Under the pieces are notes generated by a model. That model was not told the origin of the DNA. It did no database searches and saw only the letters and a program-made list of their open reading frames with translations. A stretch of 62,768 nucleotides of DNA, the filler included, from Sphacelaria rigidula (Eukaryota): the NCBI GenBank assembly GCA_964200075.2. It is 7 parts of 7 records of this genome, joined end to end, with 100 filler letters (N's around TTAATTAATTAA, not from the genome) between each part and the next. Parts side by side here need not be neighbours in the genome. Positions count along the whole stretch, not along the records: positions 1 to 8,882 come from CAXNAA020009846.1; positions 8,983 to 17,864 come from CAXNAA020009847.1; 5 more parts are not named here. One strand, written 5' to 3'. A program made the translations under genes and the position numbers. Every line of letters begins with the position of its first letter. Within the stretch, counting starts at the first letter, position 1. Shown one piece after another: positions 1 to 13,179 of this stretch.

Positions 1-149
1 AAGAAAAAAATTGCGAATTCGCCTGCAAAGTACAAATCCGCTTGTAGGCTGGCCCAGCCTGTATGCATGTGTACAGAAAAAACCATTGAACATAGCTCAC
101 CACAGAAGGCGTCCGCCGCTACGAGGTAGGTGACTGAGAAATATAGGGA

Positions 150-1440
150 TGCTTTTTTCTTACCAAGCTTTTCACCAATAGGATAGGCCATCTATTGAAT
201 CGGCGTGATCTTCACTTAAAAAATGAGGACATGGTCCAGATGAACTTCCCTGGCGGGCATAGACTTGATGAAGAAAGATTCCTAGAAATGTGCCAGGAGA
301 TGAGAAACAACCAATTACTTAGCATGATTACATGGGTCACAAGCAGACAAGGAAGATGGTCCCGCTTTTCCACCAGACAGAAATGTGACATTAACTATTA
401 CTATGCTCCACGCTTGCAGTATTTATTGAGGACGTGCCGAACATGAGCAAAGCTTAGGTACACTAGAAGCCCCCTGAAGGACATTCGTACATAGGAAGCC
501 TCTCCTGGGTAGCGTTCGTGGGCAATCATAGTGTAGCGGCGTTGCAAAACATGTTGCCCGCTTCGAGAAGATCCCGGCTACTCTCTTTCAACCCTGCCCC
601 CCTCCGCCCCCCATCACCGCTGATTGCCAGTAAGAAAGGAGAAACGCAATTGCGCCTGGTGAAAAGCTTCCCCCAAGTGAGAAACAGTCGAATGAAACAA
701 GCTCAGTGTGGAATGGAGCATCAAGACACGACAAGTTCAGTGTGGAATGGAGCATCAAGACACGAAGCCTCAGCCCGATTTCACGTTTCTTAGTAGCGGG
801 CGCGTGCTGTACACGTTTTCACGTGAAACAGAAATATTGAACCTATTGGTCGGCGTTCTTGGCGTACCGGAGTAAAATTGCCGTGTATGTGCCCAATACC
901 CTACATATGTCGTGATTTTCTTATATATCCACCTACTGCACTATACGCGTAGTGTATCTTGGCCTGTTCAATCGTGATCTGAATGCGCTTAGATTACATG
1001 CATACACCGAAGATGAGTTTGGGTGAATTTCTGCGTTTCTAATCCTGGCAGGTATGGTCTCCTCCAAAATCTAGTGGTCGTCAAAATTCGTGAGGAAGTG
1101 AATACCAACATAAGGTGATGGAAAGCGACGAGATGCGGGCGAGCCAAATGAACGCTTCATAACTACTTCTCAAGCAGGTACCGGGAAAAAGACGGGATTA
1201 TGGACTGCTGCTGAGGACGGAGAAGGCTTGAAGTTATCACCTAGTACGTGAGTCCTTCACAACTCCCTCAAGCCAAAACTTGTCCAACGATGAACACGAT
1301 TTTCAAAATATGAGGTTCATGATGACGGAAACCGTTGACACACTAATTTCATCGGCGTGAAGACATCAGATCAGGCATCAATATCGTACAACCATGGCAT
1401 CTCTGACATCAGCGCACATTGTTGCGCTGCTCGGAGGATT
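150..1440 (+). mobile_element. Highly degenerate Helitron Rep-domain relic (tentative)
   Basis: Broken frames read KLFTNRIGH..RRDL, LLVGVLGVP, FNRDLNAL..EDEFG and TLISSA*RHQ. Their order resembles Helitron Rep motifs (LFPxGxG, MxxxLGxP, FxxRxxxF..FG, LLxAWxAN). Many stops and frameshifts; recognised by eye. Confidence 0.35.
699..766 (+). repeat. Direct tandem duplication, ~34 bp x2
   Basis: TCAGTGTGGAATGGAGCATCAAGACACGA occurs twice in tandem. Confidence 0.9.
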
Positions 1441-2439
1441 GGACAGGTACGGTTCAGGCAAGTAGCTCGCTCTGAACCCAGGTAATAGATGAATAATTGG
1501 TTCTTATTTCTACGCCTTGAGCTGGAAAATGACACTTCCTAGGTGACACGAACGGGCGGAAGTCTCTTCGCGGCGGCTGCAGCCTGTGCAGGACTCGCCA
1601 GCGACGGCCGGCCGTTACCGCCGGACGCTGCTGCCGCCGCCGCCATTGGCGGTGGCCGCTTGCTGCGAGTCTCAGATGGGGGTACTTCTTCTGTGGTGGT
1701 GGCACTACGCGCTCTGTTTTCGTGGGATGAACACAACACAAACACGTAATACATGGATGGGACGAAGTGTTGGGACGTGTGTCGCGTGAACAATTTCCGC
1801 CGTTTTCTGTTCCAAAAAATTGGCTCATCTCGGACCCATGCATGCTCGGGGTGCTGTTCTACCGTACAGTTACGCTCCAGCCAGTACAGGCTGCACTTAC
1901 TCCTGTCAGCCAACGAACCCGTACCACTCAGTTTAATATGTGAGACAGTTAAGTATTGCAATGTGCGGTGATACCTCCACCCCTCCGACATTTTTTGAAA
2001 ACACGAGACACAACACAGCACCACAGCCCCTTGCACGGTATACGCGGGAGGCACAACCATCCGTACACTGCACGCGGCGGGATACACAAAAGTAAGCCGG
2101 TGGTCTGGAGCATATATCTCGGAGACGCCGCGAGCGCCACTATCGACACCACAATCGACGCGAAGACGCAGTCCACGTTCTCACATGATGAAAAAAAACG
2201 CGATGACAACAGCACGGTGCCGAGCTCGCACAGGTGCCATGGATCACGCATGACAGAGACAATGCGCTAGAGGGATCACAACAAGAGGGTAACCTTAACA
2301 CATGCTTGTGCTGCACCTGCTGTGGAAGCTGCACGCTGCGCCTTCGAACGCTGCAGTTTCTTCCTTCAAGCCGACCGTAAGGTTGGACGTTCAACGCCCT
2401 GGGTTTGTGATTTTGCGGTCATATTTCCCTGCAGCCCTT

Positions 2440-2740
2440 CCGTTCCGTTTATTTCACCACCTCCAAACTTCGACCGAGGCTCACCCCCCGAACCCCCCCA
2501 TACTCCATGTAGAACCACGCGGGAAGTACTCCGAACGCTGAAGACCTACTTGCTCTGTATCCGTGAAAACCTGCTGCTACGTAACGCCGAACCCGCTTCT
2601 TCTTCCCGCGGTGCAATGTCAAGCTGGGGGCCAAGTATTTTTTCCGGGCCATCCTTCATGAGCATGTGGATTTTGTTCCTGTCTTTTTCTGGGAAAAATC
2701 CATCGGCCCGCGTGGCGTTCTTTGTTTTGTTTTGTTTTTA
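2440..2740 (-). mobile_element. Possible degenerate hAT transposase C-terminal fragment
   Basis: Frameshifted MLMKDG..KYLA....LPAWF weakly resembles the region preceding the hAT dimerisation domain. Confidence 0.25.
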
Positions 2741-3539
2741 GGGTACTGTGCCGTAGCCAACATCCCCATAGCCCACAGCTTTCTACTACACCGCGACAGT
2801 GAAATGACAGATCTCTTTGTATGACGCACCGACGAACTGCAGTACACCAAGTCTTGGGACAAGACGCGGACGGTGACCATCACACTGCTGGATCCAATCG
2901 TCGCTGCGTCGGCGAAGTTGTGGATTGTGAGGGTATTGGTCATGGCACGGGTGTATGAAAACATCAAACAGTCGCGACGTAGACCGACGGGATTACTTTG
3001 CTTGAGTCGATTGAATGTTACAGCTGGGTCGATTACGAGGGGCCTAGTCGTGGTCACAGGGTAGACACACCACATTATAAACACCTCCGCGTGCTTGTGT
3101 GCCCTGTGGGGAGCGAGGCGCGTTGCTTCTGACAAACCCCCTTCAAGGGGGGTGCTCGAACCATAACAGAGCTGGCAAAATCGCTTCAACTGTCTGAGAC
3201 TGCTTGCACACAGGTTATGCATCCATCTTCTGTGCATCCGACCTTACGTACACGTCATATTTCCACGCTCACCTCGCCACCTCTGCTGTTTCTGTTTCCA
3301 CGTCCAAACATGATTTCATTGCGCTCTTCGCCTTTCTGGCGTAGCACTCCACCTGCGCGAGCGGGGGAGTAGGTGTGCATGGGGGTGGATGGTGTATCCG
3401 ACGACGGTATGACAAGCCGAACACCGTACCAAGCTGTACCCCGGAAGTCTGTTCCTTCATTCGATCCGTAGAGCATAGCGATGGGCTAATTGGTTCATCG
3501 TTCAATATATCGGCGCAGCCAAAATATTGGCGCTAGGAA

Positions 3540-3920
3540 CAGGAGTCGTCACGAGATAGGCATGCCCAAGGTGTATCAACCGAATTACTTTGCATGTTTC
3601 CACTGCCCTTGGTACTGATCAAAGTCATGCCACGGTAGGAGATGCACTTTTGGGCCCAGATGCGGCTCATTGAGGGGCTCCCAAATATTGGAGCTACACA
3701 ATAACATGGATCAGCAAAATCCCGTTTCAAAATTCATGCGAGATATTCATAGCCCATTGAACTGCCACTCGTTGCGTGCCCTCACATACCACATGAATCA
3801 TATATTGGATGAGACGAAGGATTTTTCACGATTCAAACCTGAGGAATATCGTGTGCAACCCTACCGTGGCATGGCTCATCACGACGGCGCCAACCGTGAA
3901 TTATAGCGCAGCCCTCGTCG
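3540..3920 (+). mobile_element. Degenerate Helitron Rep (HUH) fragment
   Basis: ELLCMF..LG...DAAH*, then QNPVSKF...HILDE...YRVQPYRGMAHHDG. This matches the order ELLAM-LG-P / ADxxW / NPV / E(F)QxRGxxHxH of Helitron Rep. Confidence 0.5.
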
Positions 3921-5884
3921 AAACTCTTACCGTGAGAATAAGTAAGTCTTGCCATCTCAAGACACGAAACGGCTGTTGATGGAACACAGGGGTCATTTAC
4001 ACCACCAAGATACTGGTACGAGGAAACATCGAGCACAACAACCAGGAGCAGTGACACGTCTACTTAATCTAGCGACACATCCACACAACTAAATCGAAAC
4101 ACGCACCGCAGCCGGGGATCGACCTTGCACAAGCCCCCCAACGCACGCTGTAGACCAGAAGACGCAGGCAAGGGCATCTCTCCTCGTACCACCCGCGGAT
4201 TTCTTCCCACCGACAATCGTTCCCGGCGTGTCGGGTGCATCACAAGCTGCACGGGCTAGCTTGTCAGTGCTTGAAGACGACGAGGAGGGTTCAGTGCTGG
4301 AGCTTGAGCTGGATTTGGAAAGGACGTTGACTCCTGGTTCTCCCTCTCGTGCGGCAGCGTCGAACATAACAAGTATCATGGCCTCGCGTATCATACTAGG
4401 AAAATAAGGTACAATAGGACGGCAACAGGGGTACGGGTGAACGGATTATGGACACCTGCGAGCTCAGCACTTCGTGCGTCCGAGTAGAGGCATCCTGGTT
4501 TCCCAAGGTGAGTAGAGAGGACGGTGAGATAGCCGTTCATCGAGATCTACGTCCCAAGGATCTAGCTGGCGCCACATCACGCCCGAGGGGGCTCGGTTTC
4601 GGAGCAGGGGCATGCTACCCCGCTTGCCCTCCTGCCTTCCGCGCGTCGCGCCCGACTTTCAGGGAACGAGAAGACATTTTGTCGCCACTCTTTTATTGGC
4701 ACTTGGCAGTCCTGTGATAGCGTTCCGAGTACTTGACAGAATCTCTACGAGGGAGCAAAAAGAGGCCAACGAAGAGTCTGACGGTTTGTGCGTCGCCTAC
4801 GGTGTACACGGGGGCAATTGTGTAATGAAACGTCTTTTGAGGCACCTGCCAAGTGCACAAAAGGTCGAAGTTCGTCGACTCTTGAGTTGGCATTATCCAC
4901 GTGCCCGCGGGCCATGTATGTATGTATTTTGGCGACGACTTTGCAAAACTCCACGTGCGACCAGCAAACATTTATATCCATGTAGCACTTGATTACAAAT
5001 GAGCATATCTGCGACTATGATGGAAAGCAGCACAACAGTAGCATGTGCAGCAAGCACCCCCCCCTCGTCCTTCCGATTGCCTTCGGGACAGTCGTGATTT
5101 TGTGTGCTGCTCTCCCGAAATGAGTTCCTACGAGCCCTCGTGTCGCACACGCCCAGGGGCGGGTGATGAGCACACCAACGAACATGCAGACGGTATACAC
5201 CGGCTGTTGGCCGAACATGCTCCATCATGGCGGTGCGAAGCTCAGTGTACAACGTGCGAGGTGACTTGAATGAAGTGTCAAAGCAAAATCAAATGAGGAG
5301 CGAATCTAGCGCTAAAAGATGGTGGCCAGATTGCCTGCAAGTTGAGTATCTGTGTATCCTGACAGCCGGTTGCTGCAAATATTGTCCCGTGCAGTTACTT
5401 GTCGAAACACTGTACGGGAATCACAGGTTCAAACAGTTGCCCATCAAATTATTGCAGAGCAACATCACCCACCTCTCGCTCGTGATGTTTATGAACCCCA
5501 TACAGCAGAAGTATTCACTCAAGAGCGCGTTTTCTTCCATGCCCACGAGACCCGTCGCACGAGAGGCACTCCAGCGAGTCCTGAGGTATCGTTTGCAAGA
5601 CAAGCACGAAATCTACGTCATTACAGACAAATTAAACACGTCATTCTTAAAATTGAGTTTCTTCCACTCCCATGGGCATGCTGACTTGGGTTTGGCGGTT
5701 TGTATTTCAGGTTTCAAGGCGATCCAGGAAGGGGGGAGCGTGGGGTCGATGGGCATGTAGCCTATACGTATCCTGAGGAGAGATGGGTTGGTCCCTTGAG
5801 ACCACGGACTCGTCCCGAGGAAGAAGAGAGGTTCACAGTGTGACAATATGATATATACATAGATTTATGGTGTGTAGGTAAGAT

Positions 5885-6400
5885 GCCACCACCCCGAGGC
5901 GTGGGGGCGATACCTTCGTGGGTCACGAGACGTGAGCTACTAGGACGGAGCTGTGCGTTCGTTTTTCTGGATGGTAAAATGGGTGAAGACGTGAGCTCGG
6001 GTGCGAGGGGGAAGTGACGGAGAGGAAGAGACCTGTGGTTGATTGCCCCGATCTCGGAGCATGATGATACACCGAGTACATCATCTCTCAAAAATGCTCG
6101 TGTTGAATTCCATCAAATCTTGGAATTTAAATAAGACATTCGGTGTGCGCCCGGAAGAATAAATTCAACAAAAGGTCGCTCCAAATTGTAGCAGGACGGG
6201 TGTAGCGTCAGCCGACGTCACTTGTAGCCCCACCCCAAGGCGTGGGGGCGATATTCTCGTAGTTCACGGAGCGTGAGCCACTCCGATGGGGTTGTGTGCT
6301 CGTGTTCTTTCTTGTATGTAGACGTGGACTCGTGTGCGGAGAAGCGACCGGGACGGGTGGACCTGTGGGTTGCACCATCCTCGGAGTATGATAATACTCC
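5885..6400 (+). repeat. Diverged direct duplication (~200 bp; copies at ~5885-6075 and ~6228-6400)
   Basis: Shared CCACCCC(G/A)AGGCGTGGGGGCGATA...GTGAGC...ACCTGTGG...CTCGGAG(C/T)ATGAT. Confidence 0.75.
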
Positions 6401-8269
6401 TGTGATGGGGGTGGACAATGACCCGCCGTGACGAAACATGTGTTCCACGCGAATATTGAGCGAACGCGGGAAGGAGCGATATCCTGCCGCATGGGTGTGT
6501 ATATTACGAACACATATCTACCATGGTACTCACGTATTTACTCCTAGTTTAGATTCAAGCATTCACATATTTTCCCAATATTGCACACCTTTCGGACAAT
6601 AGACAGCAATAGAAAGACGTGCTGCGTCAAGTATCAAATCCCTTGTCATTTGCAATAAAGCACAGATTCGGTACGTTTTGTAGTACTGTATATCCATGAG
6701 TGAAAGTGAAGCATACCACTTTGTCTGCTGTCCAAGGTGCGCAATAATGTCTCACCGTAATATCTGGATCAAAAAATCTTTCATATCTGCAATGTGCATG
6801 GTCAATCTACGAAAAACCGCTTAAAACGGTTTCAGACAGCTATTCCAGCCCCACAAATGCCGTCATCATCCCGTCGTGGCCTATGTCAAAGCCGAGGTCC
6901 TCAATACTCGATTGATACCTCCAGGACGAGGTAGAGCTCAATGGGCGTCGCCTGTGGGGTCATCGGGTTGATCAGCCGTAATTAGCTTCGCACGTGGAGG
7001 TTCTCGACACCGTATGCACTGTCGTGCAAGCGCCACGGAACTCAGCATTAATGAGTCGTGTCGATCGACGGCTGCCGTCGTGCATTTTAGTATGAGCTCT
7101 TGGGGGTTCGGTCCCGGTTTTCAGTTCGAACTTAATGCCGTTCGAGAGTTGATGCATGCTGGCTTAGTCAAATATTCTTGAATATACAAAAAAAACGCGA
7201 ATGACGCGGAACAAACGTTGAAAAAAAAACCTATCTTGTTTCAGATGACCATATCTTTTGGATGGCAGTGAGGGCCAGCTGAGCATACCGTTGCAATCGG
7301 CTGATATAGGCCGTTACGCGAAGCCATTTAGCTCTCAAATCCGCCTTGATGGTGTCGTGAAACTCGCGTCTCCGTGTTGGCATTTTTTTTCGTGTTTCAT
7401 TTGCACGGCTCGGACGATCAATTTCGCGATTCTACTCATATTCAACTTTTGTACGAATCAATCGTCCGATTCGTACACAAGTTGTGATTCGTACATGTTT
7501 TGGGTTCGTGACTCGTGAAATGACAGGTGCGAACCAACATGTTCTCATTTTATTGTTTCATGCGGCACGACTCTGCGGTGGCACGACCTTTTTGAGAACA
7601 TGAATCAGAGCGTACAAGTCACGAACCCCTTCAGAGTCAAATCCGCAAAAAGACAAACAATTTCCAACATTTTGATGACACGTAACACATCGAATATGGC
7701 ACAACACACGCGTCTACGTGCCCAGAGCGGTTCTTCAAGTCATTTATTTTCCAGAGCTATACTATTGACAGCATTTGTGGTTTCATATCGTGTTCTGTTT
7801 GTCAGTTGACCTCGATATACTCAACACAATACCATCAAAACCTGCGAAGAACAAACAGAGCACCAGCACGAGTCGTCCCCATGTGTTCGCGGGAGTTTCG
7901 GGGGAAACTCCGGCAGCATACACTGCAGTCCGCAGAGAGTGTAGTACAACATAGCACGGAACGTATCTGGGCGTATAGAGCGATTCTTTTGGCTGTTTAC
8001 TTTCCCGAGCTGAACTATTGGCAGTCTTTCTGCCGTTTCATGTTTTATTCGGCGATTCAGTTTACCCGAATATAAAACAGTACAAAGACAGCTTGGATCT
8101 TTTGAAGCTCCGGACAGCACCACTACTGCAAGAGTCGTCCCCGCATGTTAGCATGAGTTTTCGGACACACTCTGGCTATGCCCACTACAGTCAGCGGGCA
8201 GTACAGTAAGTACAGCACAGCGCAGCATAGTACCGCACAACCTCTATAGCGGACAGTAGTTTGAAACCT

Positions 8270-8660
8270 TCCATTCATACTGTTTTTCTCCCCTTTGATC
8301 AAAGCATTCATCACATGTACATGTCTTCCATCTTGCATTCGTGCAGCATGGATCATAGGTACGTGTTTTCCATCTTCCATCCATACAAGGTGAATCAAGC
8401 GTACATGATTCCCAATTTCCATTCGTGCATGCGATGAATCATAGGTACATGTTCTGCGTCTCCCACCTGGTACGAGGTGAAGCAAGTGTATTTGTTTGAC
8501 ATTATTCATTCATGCAGCATAATCATGGAATCTCCGCCTTCCATCCATACGAGGTGAATCAAGCAAACATTTCGCACCATATTCATTCATGCAGCATGAA
8601 GTATACGTACGTGCTTCCCAATTTCCATTCACGGATCATAAACAACACGTACATGTTTCC
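8270..8660. repeat. Degenerate minisatellite (~38-bp subunits, ~76-bp dimer)
   Basis: Recurrent CCATCCATAC(A/G)AGGTGAATCAAGC and CATTC(G/A)TGCAGCAT..ATCAT blocks. Confidence 0.75.
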
Positions 8661-8882
8661 ACACGTCGGACAGCTCATGAACTACCGAAAATAATAAATC
8701 GAATGGGACTCTCAGATTGCTCATTCAAAAACACAAATTACGTGACAGCAGGGCCCGAGAAGCCAAAGCGCTACCTTTGCGCTTCTCCGCGTGCTCGGTG
8801 TCCAGCGCTGTAGGGAGAAAATATGGAAAAAGCGATCACATGAGCTAGCTCGTGATCCGGATCAGTACACTAATAAGAAGTA

Positions 8883-8982
8883 NNNNNNNNNNNNNNNNNN
8901 NNNNNNNNNNNNNNNNNNNNNNNNNNTTAATTAATTAANNNNNNNNNNNNNNNNNNNNNNNNNNNNNNNNNNNNNNNNNNNN
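8883..8982. other. Artificial contig linker (N44-TTAATTAATTAA-N44)
   Basis: 100-bp spacer whose 12-mer gives stops in all six frames. Identical linkers sit at 17865-17964, 26847-26946, 35829-35928, 44809-44908 and 53789-53888. Confidence 0.97.
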
Positions 8983-9044
8983 CGAATGATCAAAGCCACT
9001 CTCAATCGTATCATCTACTCTCAATGTCACGAAAACACTGTTTT

Positions 9045-12000
9045 TAGTAGGTGTGCTTAATAGGTAAAAGCGATATTGCACGGAAGAAAACGTGCACCGG
9101 TGGCGACAGATCGATAGCTACCCAGCGACCATGACCACCTTATCAATCGAACCCAACGCTGCTGGAAATGTCTACTCCTGGCGAGTCGTGCCACGGCAAG
9201 GGTGCACGATACACCTCCGAAGCTCTTCTTCACCTCAAGAGCCCCTCATCGAGGAAGTGACGTTTTCGACATGGACGCAGGTGACAGAGAGAAATGGGCG
9301 TGTATTTTGTATTTTGTTTCCGCGGGAACCAACCAACGTTGCATCGGGAATATTGAGCCTGCAGTTCAGTAGCAGAGGATATAAGTAGTCGCCAAAGGCA
9401 TTTATTGTGAACGTCATGGAACTCCTTCGTTCGGAGGTGGCTAGTCGTGTCGAGGTAGTGATGTACACAAGAGATAGCCCACTCTTGGCCAAGGTTAGGT
9501 ACGGCTACACAGAAACCACATCGATCATCTGTAATACTCTTTCGGCATTTCCCGTACAAAAATGTTCAACCTCGAAAGTTTTCCTTCACCCCACTACACA
9601 AATCTAGCCACCATAACATCGTGGTGCTTGTAGTCAGCATGCAGCATGCCGCACGCTTGTAGCCCCTCCCTTGATGGGGGACCATCGACCAATCTATGAA
9701 GCAGTGAGTGGCGTTGATGGACAAAGAGAATGTCATGGCGACAGTCGATAAATCCACCCACTCCGCATCGAGCGTGACACGCACACCCGACTGGCGAGGC
9801 AATCGTCTCAACGAATACTGCATTCGAATATTCTCCCGTCCGCAGACAGTAGTCTTTGGACAACGCATAAGCGTGTTCCATCAGCACACAAGACGGGATG
9901 GGTCGGGTTTCGTTGACAGATGGCAGACGTACATGATGACTACATGTCTCAATCCATCCATCCTTATTGTGGCTACCGGGCGCTGCCTGCTGCGCAGTGC
10001 GCGTCTGTGTCTTATCATCAAACCTCACGGTATCCTTTCAACCAACATGGATCCCTCGCACTCAAAATCCAACATACACGCGGAAGGTACGACGAACTCG
10101 GCTGTTCACAGTACGGTATACACATGTGTACCAAAGCATGAAAGCATAGCGGGCGTCTCACCTGCGCGTTGAGCGCACTTTGATATCGGGGTGCCGTTTC
10201 CTCGTCCAGCCCAAGGGAGAGCGTGAACATGGCAGACGAAATAACGTCGCTGAGTAGCATGATGACACGGGTGGGAAATTGGCTGTAGATATCCACGGTG
10301 AAGAGTACAACAGCTTTAGCAGGTGCGTGCGCCCTGTTGTTGACGTGTAGCGCGATCCGACGACAGAAGTGAAGGTGCCGTGTTGGTGCTGGTGCTGGCG
10401 GAGAGAAAGATTGATTCTGAAGGTGGTGACGGTGTCCTTGATGTTGATGACCGCGTTTACACCGATGAGGTGATGGTGTGTCGAGGGCTCGAAGAGATTG
10501 GTTGCTGTGGGTAGAAATGGGGAGGATAATTTGTGAGGGACAGGGGGGGAACGCGGCGTGATTTCGTGCGACCTTTTTTTTCTCGGGACGGATCTCCCAT
10601 GAGGATTGTCTTTGTGTCTTTCAACAATACAAGGTGTACTTTTATCGTTCTCAGTCCCGTGGTCCACAACAGATGGTTCTTCTCGTGATCTTTATGTGTT
10701 ACAGCGGCAAGAAAGTCTCGGATGTGGCGAGGTGTTTTTCGTTACTCAATATAGTGAGGAATGTACATCCCGTCGATCGGAGCAGTCGCCGTCTTGCTTG
10801 CGCAGTAGCTGGCATACATGAATTCAAAAATGGCGAATATAGTGTGTCGAAATATTGATATAGGTACAACGATACAATAATAACTCTGCCGAATGCTGTG
10901 TATGCTGGAATAAGGCGTATTTCTGCTCCGAAAATAAAAAGCAAAAAACAAAAAAAGTGCTGGTCATGTAGTTTTCCCCCATTTTTTTTCAAACGAAAGA
11001 GGTGACGCCCGGCCAATGACACTATATTCGGGGATAAAAAAACGTCACCACATCCGAGACTCTCTTGTAGCTATCTGTACGAGGTACACGGAGATCACGA
11101 GAAGATCTATCTGTTGTGGACCACGGGACTGAGAACGACAAAAGTAAACTCTGCGTCGTTGGAAAACACGAACGATGACCCTCATGGGGAGATCTGTCCC
11201 GAAAAGAAGAAAAAAATAGGTCGCATGAAATCCCGCCGCTTCCCCCCGCACTCCCGCTCACAACAAAATACAAAATATCCTTCCCATTTCTAGCAGCCGC
11301 TTCCGATCTTCGACACATCACGTCATTGCTATAAACGCGCTCATCCATATCAACGAAAGCCTCACCGCCTTCACCAGCACCACTCCTCCTCTCCGTCAGC
11401 AGCACCACTATTATTATAGCACCACCACCAACACGGCACCTTCGCTTCAGAATCTGTCGTTGGATCGCGACCTAGACGTCCACAACAACCAACCCCACTC
11501 AGCAAGAACAGGGCGCACGGTTCAGCTACAGTGTAATACCCTCTTCATCAAAATGTCTGTCGACATGGTACTCTCATCGGCAGTCTGCACGCTCTCAATG
11601 GGGATGGGTGAGAGCAGGGTAGGCGGTAACGGGTATATAATATCCCAGAGCGCGCTGAACGCGCAGGTGAGGCGCCGTCGTGCTTTGGTACACATGTGTA
11701 CTCTGTCTGTATACCTTGAAGAGCCGAGTCCGTCCGTCGTATCTCCGGCGTGTACCTTGGATTTTGACTGCGAGGGATCGACGTTGGTTGAAAGGATGTC
11801 ATTTTTGACGATAAGACACGGACACGCACCGCGCAGCAGGCCGCGCTTGGTAACACACAATGGTGATGGGTGGAATGAGACAACAAGATGAAGTCATCGT
11901 GTCCCCCGTCTGTCAACGAAACCCGACCGATCCCGTCTTGTTGCGTGTTAACGGAGTTCGCAAGTATTGGCCCCTCTCCTGTGTTTTTGATCACCTCAGC

Positions 12001-12840
12001 GTGTGAGTGAAGCTGAACAAAGACTACTGTCTGCCGACTGGAGAACATTCGAATATTCGTTGAGATGATTGAGTCTCCAGTCGGGCGTGCTTATTATCAC
12101 GCTCGATGCGGAGTAGGTTGGTGATGGGTCGAGTGCCAACACGTCGTCATTCCCCTTGTCCATCAAAATCACTCATGGCTCCACAGGTTGGTCGATGGTC
12201 CCCCACCAAAGTAGGGGCTGCATGAGTGTTGTCTGCTGCATGCTGATTACAAGCACCAATATGTTCTGGTGGCTGGTGCCCTGTAGGTTAGAGGAAACTT
12301 TGAGGTTGAACAATGTTGTAGGAGAAATGCAGAGAGATGGACATGATCGATGTGGTTTCTGTGTAGCCGTACCTAATCTTGGCCAAGAGTGGGCAGTCAC
12401 TTGTCTACAATGATAAGCGCCAACACTAGCTAGCTCCGAAGGAGTTTCATGACGTTCACGATGAAGTGTGCCGACTATGGTACTTATATTCTCTGCTGCT
12501 GAACTGCAGGCTCAATAATTCCGATGTGACACTGGTCCCTGTGGGAAGAAAACTCGTCAACATTTTTCTGTCACCTGCTTCCATGTTGAAAATGCAACGT
12601 CGCTATGAAAATAGGCCCAGTCGTTTCTCATTGAGGGACCCTCGAGGTGAAGAAGAGCCTCGGAAATGCTTCGTGCATCTCTACCGTGCCACTACTCGCT
12701 AGGAGTAGACCTTTCCAGCAACGCTGGGTTCGATCAAAAATGTTGTCATGGTGGCTGGGTAGATATCGACCTTTCACCACCGGTGTACGTTTTCCTCTGT
12801 ACGGTACTGATATTTGGTTGTAAGCCATACGCACTAAGGT
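9045..12840. repeat. Large imperfect inverted duplication (arms ~9045-10740 and ~11040-12840)
   Basis: Collinear reverse-complement matches along the arms, e.g. ACTCTTGGCCAAGGTTAGGTACGGCTACACAGAAACCACATCGATCAT (9481) vs its reverse complement at ~12343-12392, and TCTCAGTCCCGTGGTCCACAACAGAT (~10590-10675 region) vs ~11110-11135. Confidence 0.85.
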
Positions 12841-12879
12841 TGTTCATGACGTTCACATTGAAGTGTGCCGACTACTTCT

Positions 12880-13179
12880 AACAATGTTTTCGTGAGATTG
12901 AGAGTAGGGGATACGATTGAGAGTGAAAAGCAGTCACTTAGTGACTGAATAGTTTCAGTTCCGAAATGCACCTCCGTGAGGCCCGATATGCTTTTTTTAG
13001 CAGCTCGCCACTGAGGCCCTTGATATCCCCGAGTAGGTTATCGACGTGTAGCTGTAAGCACACGCTAGTGATAGAGACAAAGAAAAGCACACACGAAATG
13101 AAAAATTGGCTACGTTGAAGGGAATGATCAAAGCCGATCTCAATGACCATTCTACTCTCAATCTCACGAAAACGTTGTT
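12880..13179. mobile_element. MITE family A (TIR AACA(C/A)TGTTTTCGTGAGATTGAGAGTAG)
   Basis: ~28-bp TIRs. It interrupts a local duplicate of 12445-12530. Its internal sequence is homologous to 17213-17641. Confidence 0.85.

Noticed and set aside
4448..5760. piggyBac-like Cys-rich tail or viral ORFs
   Set aside because: Motifs are too degraded and no family can be recognised with confidence.
8927..8938. Periodic TTAATTAATTAA motif about every 8.98 kb
   Set aside because: Synthetic linker embedded in N runs.
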